Positions 51,308-64,000 of a stretch of 64,000 bases of DNA are shown here, one piece after another. The position numbers were made by a program, and so were the translations under genes. How positions within the stretch are numbered: position 1 is the first letter of the stretch; every line of letters begins with the position of its first letter. The stretch is from Eledone cirrhosa (Eukaryota): NCBI GenBank assembly GCA_964016885.1, contig OZ024763.1, positions 1,798,001 through 1,862,000 on the forward strand, in the 5' to 3' direction. The notes beneath the pieces are model-generated. The model was not told the DNA's origin. It saw nothing but the letters and a program-made list of their open reading frames with translations, and searched no databases.

Positions 51308-51633
51308 CATCATCATCATCATCACCGTTTTACGTCCACTTCTCCCTGCTTGCAAGGGTGGGACGGGAACTGATGCTGGCTTGATTTCTACAGCTGGATG
51401 CCCTGCCTAACACCAACCTCATTTACAGTGAGTGCTGGGTGCTTTTTTGCCGTGGCACCTCCACGACCACTTTGCAGTGGAATGATAGGGACCCCAGTCC
51501 CTATCATCTCATTTCTACAGCTGAGTAAACTGGAGCAATGTGAAATAAAGTGTCTTGCTCAAGGAAACAACACATCACCCGGTCTGAGAATTGAACTCAC
51601 AACCTTTCGATTGCAACCACTAAGCCATGTGCC

Positions 51634-51636
<3 letters not shown>
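51308..51636 (-). mobile_element. SINE family A
   Basis: Reverse complement of 3729-4077. Confidence 0.9.
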
Positions 51637-51679
<43 letters not shown>

Positions 51680-51683
<4 letters not shown>

Positions 51684-51870
51684 TTGCAACGTCACTGGTG
51701 CCAATGCCTTTCTCTTGGACAACATTTTATATAGTGTATATATATATATATATATATATATAGTATATACACACTATATATACCGTATATATAGTGTGTA
51801 TATATGTTGTGACATCACTGGTGCCAAGCTGTATCATCACTTGCCCTTCTCTTGGACAACATTTTATATA

Positions 51871-51904
<34 letters not shown>

Positions 51905-53350
51905 TATATATATATATACACACTATATATACTGTATTTGTAGTGTATATATATATATAGTGTATATATATATATATATACACACTATATATACTGTATT
52001 TGTAGTGTATATATATATATAGTGTATATATATATATATACACACTATATATACTGTATATAGTGTATATATATATATATATATATATAGTGTATATATA
52101 TATATACACACTATATATACTGTATTTGTAGTGTATATATATATATAGTGTATATATATATATATATACACACTATATATACTGTATTTGTAGTGTATAT
52201 ATATATATAGTGTATATATATATATATACACACTATATATACTGTATATAGTGTATATATATATATATATATATATATAGTGTATATATATATATACACA
52301 CTATATATACTGTATTTGTAGTGTATATATATATATAGTGTATATATATATATATATACACACTATATATACTGTATTTGTAGTGTATATATATATATAG
52401 TGTATATATATATATATACACACTATATATACTGTATATAGTGTATATATATATATATATATATATAGTGTATATATATATATACACACTATATATACTG
52501 TATTTGTAGTGTATATATATATATAGTGTATATATATATATATATACACACTATATATACTGTATTTGTAGTGTATATATATATATAGTGTATATATATA
52601 TATATACACACTATATATACTGTATATAGTGTATATATATATATATATATATATATAGTGTATATATATATATACACACTATATATACTGTATTTGTAGT
52701 GTATATATATATATAGTGTATATATATATATATATATACACACTATATATACTGTATTTGTAGTGTATATATATATATAGTGTATATATATATATATACA
52801 CACTATATATACTGTATATAGTGTATATATATATATATATATATATAGTGTATATATATATATACACACTATATATACTGTATTTGTAGTGTATATATAT
52901 ATATAGTGTATATATATATATATATACACACTATATATACTGTATATAGTGTATATATATGTTGTGACATCACTGGCGCCAAGCTGTATCACCATTTGCC
53001 TATCTCTTGGACAACATTTTATATAGTGTATATATATACACACTATATATACAGTATATGTAGTGTATATATATATATAGTGTATATATATATATATACA
53101 CACTATATATACTGTATATGTAGTGTATATATAAGTTATGACGCCACTGGCGCCAAGCTGTATCACCACTTGCCTTTCTCTTGGACAACATTTTATATAG
53201 TGTATATATATATATATACACACTATATATACTGTATATGTAGTGTATATATATATATAGTGTATATATATATATACACACTATATATACTGTATATGTA
53301 GTGTATATATAAGTTGTGATGTCACTGGTGCCAAGCTGTATCAACCATTA
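51680..53350 (+). repeat. Composite tandem array: (gt)cactggtgccaagctg..cttggacaaca blocks plus higher-order ~190-bp TA-rich units
   Basis: Five copies of the GC-richer block separated by periodic tagtg(ta)n cacac units. Confidence 0.85.
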
Positions 53351-53516
53351 CTTTTCCCTTGGACAACATCAGTGGCGTGGAGAGGAAAGACTGGTATATA
53401 TGGGTGACTCCTGGTCTTCCACAAACAAACTTACCCGGACTTGTGCCTTGGGGGAGAACTTTCTAGGTACAAATCCCACGGTCATTCATGACTGACGGGG
53501 GGTCTTTACTCTTTAC
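53312..53516 (+). mobile_element. Retroposon (SINE/LINE) 3' tail that seeds the upstream array
   Basis: gtcactggtgccaagctgtatc..cccttggacaacatc..ggtcattcatgactga..ggtctttactctttac, recalled as an octopus SINE tail. Ends in a short tandem repeat. Confidence 0.5.
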
Positions 53517-54309
53517 ACAAGGCATGTTTAAATATAGTTTTCAGCTGTATATTTAAATAGATATGTACAGTCTAGTATACTTTAATACCTAATTAATAGC
53601 AACATTGATACTAATTACTCTTGTAAAATACTTCATGTAAAATAAAGGAGCTATATAGACACTGTCTTGTCTTGAGGAGCTGACAAATATTCTACTTCAC
53701 TATTTTTTAGTATATTTTCTATTGAGCTTCTCTCTCTGTCTTGAAGTGGATTAGATTTGTGGACTAGAAGTAGGAGATTTAAACAAACTGTTTAATCTTC
53801 TTATGTTGTTTAGAAAGTCATGTCTTCACTTCACAATATAACAGGAAATATTAAACAAGTGATCCACTTTTTAAGGAGACTAGGAAGTTTACTGAGAAGG
53901 GATTCACTGATACATTGGAGAAGGTCAGACATGTCGGATTGGAAGATATAAAGATATAAAGTCTTTGTTGGTTTACCTCTATCTATATCTCTCTTTCTAT
54001 CTATCTATTGGTTTACCTCTATCTCTTTCTATCTATCTCTCTCTCTCTATCTCTTTATCTCTCTCTCTCTCTCTCTCACCCCCCTCTCTCTCACCAGAAA
54101 TATAATTGTATGGTCCCACATTCTTGAACCAATACAATATTTCTTCTATCTAGTTTGAACTTTGACCTGTCTAAAACATTGATTTGACCAGTATACAGAG
54201 TTAAGCTATTAACTTGACCCAGTACAGAAATATACCATCTAAATTTTCTTAAATAATTTAGGAAATAGCAAAAGAATTCTGAGAGATTTAAGAATGTCAC
54301 TAACCTTCT

Positions 54310-54478
54310 CAGCCGGACAACATGCTTTATGGCATGGAGTTACGGCCCTTTACGGTCTGAGTTCAAATCTCGCCGAAGTTAACTTTACCTTTCATCCTTA
54401 CGGGGTCGATAAAATAAAGTACCAGTAATGTACTGGGGGATAATTGCTGGCCTTGTGCCAAAAGTAGAAACAATTATT
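54310..54478 (+). mobile_element. SINE family B (5'-truncated)
   Basis: Matches the 37095 unit. Confidence 0.85.
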
Positions 54479-54532
54479 AACCTGCTGTTTATAGCATAAT
54501 TTAATGAAGTTTCTTATATAAAATTATGAGGG

Positions 54533-54725
54533 AAAATTTTTAGATAAATATTAAGTCTTTAAAATATTTTAAAAATAATTTAAAATATTTTTAAAATAAT
54601 TTAAAATTTTTAGATAAATATTAAGTCTTTAAAATATTTTTAAAATAATTTAAAATATTTTTAAAATAATTTAAAATTTTTAGATAAATATTAAGTCTTT
54701 AAAATATTTTTAAAATAATTTAAAA
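54533..54725 (+). repeat. AT-rich ~70-bp tandem repeat
   Basis: aaatttttagataaatattaagtctttaaaatattt three times. Confidence 0.85.
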
Positions 54726-55199
54726 AGATAATCAAGAATTCTGAGAAATTTAGTATTATACCTTTCTCATTATGAGGTTGCTATTTAGAGAATAATTTAA
54801 CAAAAGTTTTTCATTAAAATTATGATGGAAGGTTTTTATATAAATATTAAAATATTTTAAAATGTAGGAAACAATATTTTTAATGAAACACTAACTATAT
54901 TAGAAAATTTCTAAATTTCTCATCATTAAGTTGTTATTTAACAAAAGCTCTTCATTAAAATTATGATAGAAGATAAATATAAAATTCTTTAAAATCTAGG
55001 AAACGATATTTTTCATGAGACTAACTATATTGAATAATAATATTGAAAATAATCAAGAATTTTGAGAGATTTAATAAATTAGCTGGCTTCCTCGTTAGCA
55101 ATTTGGTATTTGTAGCATAATTTAACAGATTTTTACTTAAAATTAGGATGAAATAAATACTTTAAAATATACAGAATCGTAGTTTTTATGTAGTGTTAG

Positions 55200-55770
55200 T
55201 GTCATGGTAAAATCCACCCAGTACACTCTGTAAAGTTATTGGTATATGAACAGGGGTGACATACAGAGGAAACTTTCATCTTACCATGAATATGAAAAAA
55301 CTCAGTAATGCTGGTGCCATAATAAAATGCACCAAGTACACTCTGTAAATTCATTGGCAAATAGATGGGGGTCACTTAGAGAGGATTCTTAAGTCTTGCA
55401 ATGGATATAACAACTTCTGTAGTGCTGGTGCCACAATAAAATGCACCCAGTACACTCTGTAAAGTTATTGATAAATGGACAGTGAGGACAGAAAGAAGAT
55501 TCTTAAGTCTTGTAATGGTTATAACAACTTCTGTAGTGCTGGTGCCACAATAAAATGCACCCAGTACACTCTGTAAAGTTATTGATAAATGGACAGTGAG
55601 GACAGAAAGAAGATTCTTTAGTCTTGTAATGGTTAAAACAACTTCTGTAGTGCTGGTGCCACAATAAAATGCACCCAGTACACTCTGTAAAGTTATTGAT
55701 AAATGGACAGTGAGGACAGAAAGAAGACTCTTTTGTTTTGCCAAGGATGACAACCTCTCCAGTGCTGGTG
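55200..55770 (+). repeat. 114-bp tandem repeat related to the RTE/SINE A tail motif
   Basis: gtgctggtgccacaataaaatgcacccagtacactctgtaaag recurs at 55422, 55536 and 55650. Confidence 0.85.
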
Positions 55771-55957
55771 ATAGAATATGCTTGGGTGGGCATGTGGGGG
55801 TTGTATGTGAAGGTATGTTTGTAAAAGTCTGTTTTAAAGGTATGTATGTGTATATGTGTGTGTATATGTGTAAGCGTATATGTGAGTATACGGATGTAAA
55901 GGTGTGAAAGTACATATGTAAATGTAAATGTGTGTGTGTGTAAATATGTGTGGAGTT

Positions 55958-56012
<55 letters not shown>

Positions 56013-56113
56013 ACATATGAGAGTATATATATGTAAATGTGTATTAAAGTATAAGTGTATATGTATGTGTATATGTATGTGTGTGTGTGTAAATGTGTGA
56101 GGTGGGTGTATAT

Positions 56114-56301
56114 GTTATTCCGGGTTGAATCGGAGGTAACCACAGTAAGGAAGGTACTCAATACATAGCAGAGTATAAAAGTTTTAATATAGATGAGATT
56201 CTACAGGACTAGAACTGTTTCATTCTTTAGAAATCATCAGGATTCCTGATGATTTCTAAAGAATGAAACAGTTCTAGTCCTGTAGAATCTCATCTATATT
56301 A
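56114..56301. mobile_element. P1 copy ending in a perfect 58-bp-arm palindrome with a hammerhead core on each strand
   Basis: 56185-56242 is the exact reverse complement of 56244-56301. Confidence 0.85.
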
Positions 56302-56436
56302 TATATATATATATATATGCATTTGAGGGTATGTGTATATGTGTTTTAAAGTACATATGTGTATGTATGTATGTGTGTGTAAATGTGTGTCGGTGGGTAT
56401 ATATATGTGTGTGTGTGTGTGTGTGCGCATGTGAAG

Positions 56437-56482
<46 letters not shown>

Positions 56483-56777
56483 ATATGTAAATGTATATTA
56501 AAGTATGTCTGTGTGTGTAAATATGTGTGGGGTGGGTGTATATGTATGTGCATGTGTGGGTATATATGTATATGTAAATGTGTTTTAAAGTACAACATAT
56601 TATACGTGTGTGTGTGTGTGTGAGAGAGAGAAAGAGTGTAAAGACTTAAATGTGGGCCATTTATTTAAATGGAAAGATGTGATGTCCTACATTGTTATAA
56701 AAAAGTGTTGGTGTCAGGGAATGTGAAGTTGTGACATTCATGCCTCTCCAGTAGTGCTTTGCACTTCTTACATTTCC

Positions 56778-57516
56778 AGCACTACCACTACCACCATCAC
56801 CACCACCACAACCAACACTACCACCACCACCACAACCAACACTACCACCACCACCACCACAACCAACACTACCACCACCACCACCACCACCACCACCACC
56901 AACACTACCACTACTACTACTACTACTACTACCAATACTACCAACATCAGCATGACTACCACCACCACCACCAACACCACCAACACCACCACCACCACCA
57001 CCATCACCACCACCACCACCACCACCACCACCACCACCATCACCACCACCACCACCATCACCACCACCACCACCAACACCACCACCACCACTACCACCAC
57101 CAACACCAACACCACTCTCACCACCACCACCAACACCACCACCAACACCACCACCACCACCACCACCACCACCACCACCACCAACACCACTCTCACCACC
57201 ACCACCACCATCACCACCACCACCACCACCACCACCACCACCACCATCACCACCACCACCACCATCACCACCACCACCACCAACACCACCACCACCACTA
57301 CCACCACCAACACCAACACCACTCTCACCACCACCACCAACACCACCACCACCACCACCATCACCACCACCACCACCACCACCACCAACACCACTCTCAC
57401 CACCACCACCACCATCACCACCACCACCACCAACACCACCACCACCACTACCACCACCAACACCAACACCACTCTCACCACCACCACCAACACCAACACC
57501 ATCACCACCACCACCA
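56778..57516 (+). repeat. (ACC)n array
   Basis: Visible periodicity. Confidence 0.95.
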
Positions 57517-58649
57517 TTCAAATTTTAAAATCTGTGGGTTTGTTAGTGGGGCAGAAGACAAGGGTGGGGGCTTTACTTCCTGTACTGCAATGGTACAGAG
57601 GGGGGTGAAGGGGGATAGTAGGGCAGTGTGGGTGGATGAGGGGTGTGTTTGGTGGGTGGGGTGGGGGGTTGTAGTGTGTAACTGTGTGTGTATGTTACCA
57701 GCTGGTGTAGTGTGGTGTAGTGTATAGTGGTGTGGTGTGGGGGTAATGGAGGCTGGGTAGAAAGTGAACCAGGGTGGAGAGAGAGAGAGGGGGTAGATGA
57801 ATAGAGAGGGGGAAGGTGGATGGGTGTTTGAGGGTAGAAACAGTTGTGTGTGTGTATATATTTATAGTTTTATATATATATATATATATAGTTGTATATA
57901 TATATGTATTTATATATATATACATATATATATATATACAACTATATATAGTTATATATATATATAGTTGTATATATATATAGTGGTATATATATATATA
58001 CATATATATAGATATACATATATATAGATATACAACTATATATATATAGTTGTATAGCTATATATATATAGATATACAACTATATATATATGTATATATA
58101 TACATATATATATATATAGATATACAACTATATATATATGTATATATATACATATATATATATATAGATATACAACTATATATATATGTATATATATACA
58201 TATATATATATATAGATATACAACTATATATATATATGTATATATATACATATACATATATATAGATATACACCTATATATATGTATATATATATATATA
58301 TATATACAACTATATATATATATATATATATATACAACTATATATATATATATCTGTTTATCTGTTACAAGTGTAGAAGCACCAACATCACTGACAGTAT
58401 AATGGCTGTCAGTACTCCCCCCTCTCTCCCCCTTATTCTTCATCCGGGGGGGGGGGCAGTGTGTGGGTGTTGCAGGGAGGGGTGTGTGCTCTGGTGACTT
58501 CATTTACCCCCTATCTACAACTTCCAGTCTTAAACATACTTTCTCTCTCTTCTCCCTCTCTTCCCCCTCTCTCTCCTCTCTTCCCCCTGTGTGTGTATAA
58601 TATATATATATATATATGTGTGTGTGTATAATATATATATATGTGTGTG

Positions 58650-58701
<52 letters not shown>

Positions 58702-58831
58702 ATAATATATATATATATATATATATATGTGTGTATAATATATATATATATGTGTGTGCATAATATATATATATATATATGTGTGTATAATATATATATA
58801 TATATATGTGTGTGTATAATATATATATATG

Positions 58832-58894
<63 letters not shown>

Positions 58895-58968
58895 TGTGTG
58901 CGTGTGTGGATAATATATATATATATATTTGTGTGTGTGTATAATATATATATATATGTATGTGTGTG

Positions 58969-58999
<31 letters not shown>

Positions 59000-59192
59000 A
59001 TATACATGTATATGTGTGTATATATATACACACACGCACACACAGTATACACACACTCACACAGTATATACACACTCACAGTATATACACACACACATTA
59101 CACAGTATATATATATCATCTTAAATGTTCTCTCTTACTTATCTCCCCTTATTTATAAAGAAACCCTTTATATCCAAACACCTCTGTATTAT

Positions 59193-59302
59193 AAAATCCC
59201 GCCGAGGTTAACTTTGCCTTCATCCTTACGGGGTCAATAAAATAATGTACCAGTAATACACTGGAGTAATTGCTGGCCTTGTGCCAAAAGTAGAAATAAT
59301 TA
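59193..59302 (+). mobile_element. SINE family B 3' half
   Basis: aaatcccgccgaggttaactttgcc..gtgccaaaagtagaaa. Confidence 0.85.
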
Positions 59303-59339
59303 AATGAATCTGTAAATGTGTACGTATCTATGTATGTCT

Positions 59340-59732
59340 ATATATGTATGTGTGTGTTTCACAGTAAACATATGTATACGTATGTGTGTGTGTGTGTGTG
59401 TGTCAATAAACATATGTATACATATATATGTTTGTGTGTGTGTGTCAATAAACATATGTATACATATATATGTGTGTGTGTGTGTGTGTGTGTCAATAAA
59501 CATATGTATACATATATATGTTTGTGTGTGTGTGTGTGTCAATAAACATATGTATACATATATATGTGTGTGTGTGTGTGTGTGTCAATAAACATATGTA
59601 TACATATATATGTGTGTGTGTGTGTGTCAATAAACATATGTATACATATATATGTTTGTGTGTGTGTGTGTGTCAATAAACATATGTATACATATATATG
59701 TGTGTGTGTGTGTGTGTGTCAATAAACATATG

Positions 59733-59763
<31 letters not shown>

Positions 59764-60080
59764 CAATAAACATATGTATACATATATATGTGTATGTGTG
59801 TGTGTGTGTCAATAAACATATGTATACATATATATGTGTGTGTGTGTGTGTCAATAAACATATGTATACATATATATGTGTGTGTGTGTGTCAATAAACA
59901 TATGTATACATATATATGTTTGTGTGTGTGTGTGTGTCAATAAACATATGTATACATATATATGTGTGTGTGTGTGTGTCAATAAACATATGTATACATA
60001 TATGTGTGTGTGTGTGTGTGTCAATAAACATATGTATACATATATATGTGTGTGTGTGTGTGTGTGTCAATAAACATATG

Positions 60081-60111
<31 letters not shown>

Positions 60112-60389
60112 CAATAAACATATGTATACATATATATGTTTGTGTGTGTGTGTGAACATATGTATACATATATGTTTGTGTGTGTGTGTGTGTGAACATA
60201 TGTATACATATATGTGTGTGTGTGTGTGTGTGTATCAGTAAACATGTATATACATATATATGTTTGTGTGTATGTTTCACAGTAAACATATGTATACATA
60301 TATATGTTTGTTTGTGTGTGTGTGTGTATCACTCAACATATGTATATATATGTATGTCTGTGTGTGTGTGTATCAGTAAACATGTATAC

Positions 60390-60433
<44 letters not shown>

Positions 60434-60554
60434 CAGTAAACATATATATACATATATATGTTTGTGTGTGTGTGTGTTTGTGTATCAGTAAACATATGTA
60501 TACATATATATATGTCTGTGTGTGTGTATCAGTAAACATGTATATACATATATA

Positions 60555-60589
<35 letters not shown>

Positions 60590-61280
60590 CAGTAAACATG
60601 TATATACATATATATGTCTGTGTGTGTGTGTGTATCAGTAAACATGTATATACATATATATGTCTGTGTGTGTGTGTGTGTGTGTGTGTATCAGTAAACA
60701 TGTATATACATATATATGTCTGTGTGTGTGTGTGTCAATAAACATATGTATACATATATACGTCTGGGTGTGTGTGTGTATCAGTAAACATGTATATACA
60801 TATATATGTTTGTGTGTGTGTGTGTATCAGTAAACATATGTATACATATATATGTTTGTGTGTGTATCAGTAAACATGTATATACATATATATGTGTGTG
60901 TGTGTGTATCAGTAAACGTGTGTATACATATATATGTGTGTGTGTGTGTGTGTATCAGTAAACATGTGTATACATATATATGTGTTTGTGTGTGTGTATC
61001 ACAGTAAACATATGTATACATATATATGTTTGTGTACTTGCTTGTGTGTGTGTATCACAGTAAACACATGTATACATATATATGTTTGTGTGTGTGTGTG
61101 TGTGTGTGTATCACAGTAAACATATGTATACATATATATGTTTGTGTGTGTGTGTGTGTCAATAAACATATGTATACATATGCTTGCTTGTGTGTGTGTG
61201 TGTGTATCACAGTCAACATATGTATACATATATATGTTTGTGTGCTTGTGTGTGTTTGTGTGTGTGTGTATCATTAAACA
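59340..61280 (+). repeat. Compound minisatellite (GT)n-caataaac/cagtaaac-atatgtatacatatat
   Basis: Repeating unit with variable GT length. Confidence 0.92.
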
Positions 61281-61529
61281 TGTGTACATGTATGTTTCTC
61301 TGTGTGCATGTGTAGTAGTAAACGTGTGTGTGTGTTTGTCAGTAAAGAAGTGTATGTTTTTTTGTGTACATGTGGTGTGTGTGTGTGTGTGTAGGATATG
61401 TACATGTATATGTTTGTGTGTGTGCGTAAGATATGTAAATATGTGTATGTACATGTGTATATGTGTATGTAGGATGTGTGTGTGTAGGATATATACATGT
61501 ATATGTGTATGTAGGATGTGTATGTGTGT

Positions 61530-61888
61530 ATAACAAAAATACACCCCCGTCCCACTACCCCCACCCCATCCACACCACCCCTTTCAATGTAAAGCTATGT
61601 TGGTACCACAACATCCAGCCCGAAATAAATGAGGTCGTGTAGGTGTCACGACAAAAACACACAGTCCACGCTGTAATGTGGCCGTGTAGGTAACACGGTA
61701 AAAACCTCCCAGTCCACACTGTAAACGTGGTTGGTGTTAGGAAGGGCATCCAACTGTAGAAAACCCGCCAGACAGTCCTATACGAGTGAGACGACCAATC
61801 TTGCCTCACGTGGGACAATTCCCATCCAAACCCATGCTAGCGTGGAAGATAGACGTTAAACGATGATGATGATGATGATGATGATGAT
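61530..61888 (+). mobile_element. RTE LINE 3' UTR
   Basis: Matches the reverse complement of 12908-13262, ends (gat)n. Confidence 0.9.
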
Positions 61889-62129
61889 GTGTATGTAGGA
61901 TGTGTGTGTATGTGTGTGTGTATGTAGGATGTGTATGTGTGTATATAGGATATATACATGTGTATGTGTATGTAGGATGTGTGTGTCGTAACTTGACACA
62001 TTAAGAATCTCTCAAGACATCTTAATTCATCTAATCAAATCAAGTCGTTTATTTTTAATTCATTAAGAGTCCTCTATAACTAATTAGGAATAGGGCTATG
62101 TCTGGAACTGTCTCTCTCTTTCTATTTCC

Positions 62130-62890
62130 GCTCTCTCTCTCTCTCTCTCTCTCTCTCCACCTCTCTCTCACCCTTCTCTCTCTCTCCACCTCTCTCTCAC
62201 CCTTCTCTCTCTCTCCACCTCTCTCTCACCCTTCTCTCTCTCTCCATCTCTCTCACCCTTCTCTCTCTCTCTCCATCTCTCTCTCTCTCCATCTCTCTCA
62301 CCCTTCTCTCTATCTCACCCTTCTCTCTCTCTCTATCTCACCCTTCTCTCTCTCTCTCACCCTTCTCTCTCTCTCTCACCCTTCTCTCTCTCTCTCACCC
62401 TTCTCTCTCTCTCCCTCTCTCACCCACCCTTCTCTCTCTCTCTCACCCTTCTCTCTCTCTCCCTCTCTCACCCACCCTTCTCTCTCTCTCCCTCTCTCAC
62501 CCTCTCTCCCTCTCTCACCCTCTCTCCCTCTCTCACCCTCTCTCCCTCTCTCACCCTCTCTCCCTCTCTCACCCTCTCTCCCTCTCTCACCCTCTCTCCC
62601 TCTCTCACCCTTCTCTCCCTCTCTCACCCTTCTCTCCCTCTCTCTCTCACCCTTCTCTCACCATCTCTCTCTCACCCTTCTCTCACCATCTCTCTCTCAC
62701 CCTTCTCTCACCATCTCTCTCACCCTTCTCTCACCATCTCTCTCTCCCTCTTCTCTCTCTCACCCTTCTCTCTCTTTCTCACCCTTCTCTCTCTCTCTCA
62801 CCCTTCTCTCTCTCTCTCACCCTTCTCTCTCTCACCCTTCTCTTTCTCTCTCACCCTCTCTTGCTTCTCTCTCTCTCTCACCATCCCTCT
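62130..62890 (+). repeat. (CT)n/CACCCT pyrimidine array
   Basis: Visible periodicity. Confidence 0.93.
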
Positions 62891-63177
62891 TTCTGTGTAT
62901 ATATATATATTTATATATATTTGCTGGACCAGCAATCGCTCTGTATAATCAGTTCCTGCTTATTACTGGAATTCTATAAGAATCCAATTTTTATAATTTT
63001 CGGCAGAAGCCGGGGGGGAGTGTGTGGTTTTGATAAACACAACCAGTGAGAAACAGACTGTCAACCACTCTCCCTTGTTTTTTGTCGAAAATAAGTGACA
63101 TAGTCACTACTTTAAAACTAATAGCGAATGGTCTTCTAAATGTTTTTAATTAAACGTACAGTAAATTGCCAAATATA

Positions 63178-63257
<80 letters not shown>

Positions 63258-63289
63258 ACACCCACCCACCCACCCATCCACCCACCCAC

Positions 63290-63693
63290 ACACATATATA
63301 CATACACATACACATATATATATATATAATATATAGTATATTACAAATACACACTCATATATATATATATATTTACAACCACACACACACATATATACAT
63401 ACACATATATATATATATAATATATAGTATATTACAAATACACACTCGTATATATATATATATATTTACAACCACACACACACACATATATACATACACA
63501 TATATATATATATATATATATAATATATAGTATATTACAAATACACACTCGTATATATATATATATATTTACAACCACACACACACATATATACATACAC
63601 ATATATATATATATATATAATATATAGTATATTACAAATACACACTCATATATATATATATATATTTACAACCACACACACACATATATACAT

Positions 63694-63731
<38 letters not shown>

Positions 63732-64000
63732 GTATATTACAAATACACACTCGTATATATATATATATATTTACAACCACACACACACACATATACATAC
63801 ACATATATATATATATAATATATAGTATATTACAAATACACACTCATATATATATATATATATTTACAACCACACACACACATATATACATACACATATA
63901 TATATATATATAATATATAGTATATTACAAATACACACTCGTATATATATATATATATATTTACAACCACACACACATATATACATACACATATATATAT
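63290..64000 (+). repeat. ~90-100 bp compound tandem repeat
   Basis: aatatatagtatattacaaatacacactc(g/a)(ta)n tttacaaccacacac.. repeated to the window end. Confidence 0.92.

Noticed and set aside
41852-63843. Numerous YI/CV/HT-rich ORFs
   Set aside because: Translations of (TA)n, (TG)n and (CA)n repeats

Overview
AT-rich, microsatellite-saturated eukaryotic (animal) genomic DNA with one 200-N gap (31823-32022). The SINE and LINE repertoire resembles what I recall from octopus/coleoid cephalopod genomes; this taxon call is an inference. No host protein-coding gene is confidently detectable, and nearly all long ORFs in the track are artefacts of simple repeats. The real content is mobile DNA: (1) a young 5'-truncated RTE-clade LINE with an open RT plus PHD-like zinc-finger frame (12908-15063, minus) and several RTE 3' fragments; (2) three tRNA-derived SINE families, one sharing its 3' tail with an RTE subfamily in this window; (3) L1/Tx1-clade fragments that always sit in (GATA)n; (4) a CRE-like restriction-endonuclease fragment nested in an old SINE; (5) a Helitron-type 3' end downstream of a telomere-like array framed by inverted repeats; (6) Tc1/mariner MITEs; (7) minisatellites that derive from SINE/LINE tails. 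The most interesting signal is a dense set of short, (TA)n-embedded, often fold-back elements from about six unrelated families that encode type I (mostly minimal) hammerhead ribozymes. These are typical of Penelope-like retroelement pLTRs. Two families carry a compensatory U3-A8 core (UUGAUAA), and a decayed Penelope-like ORF remnant is also present.
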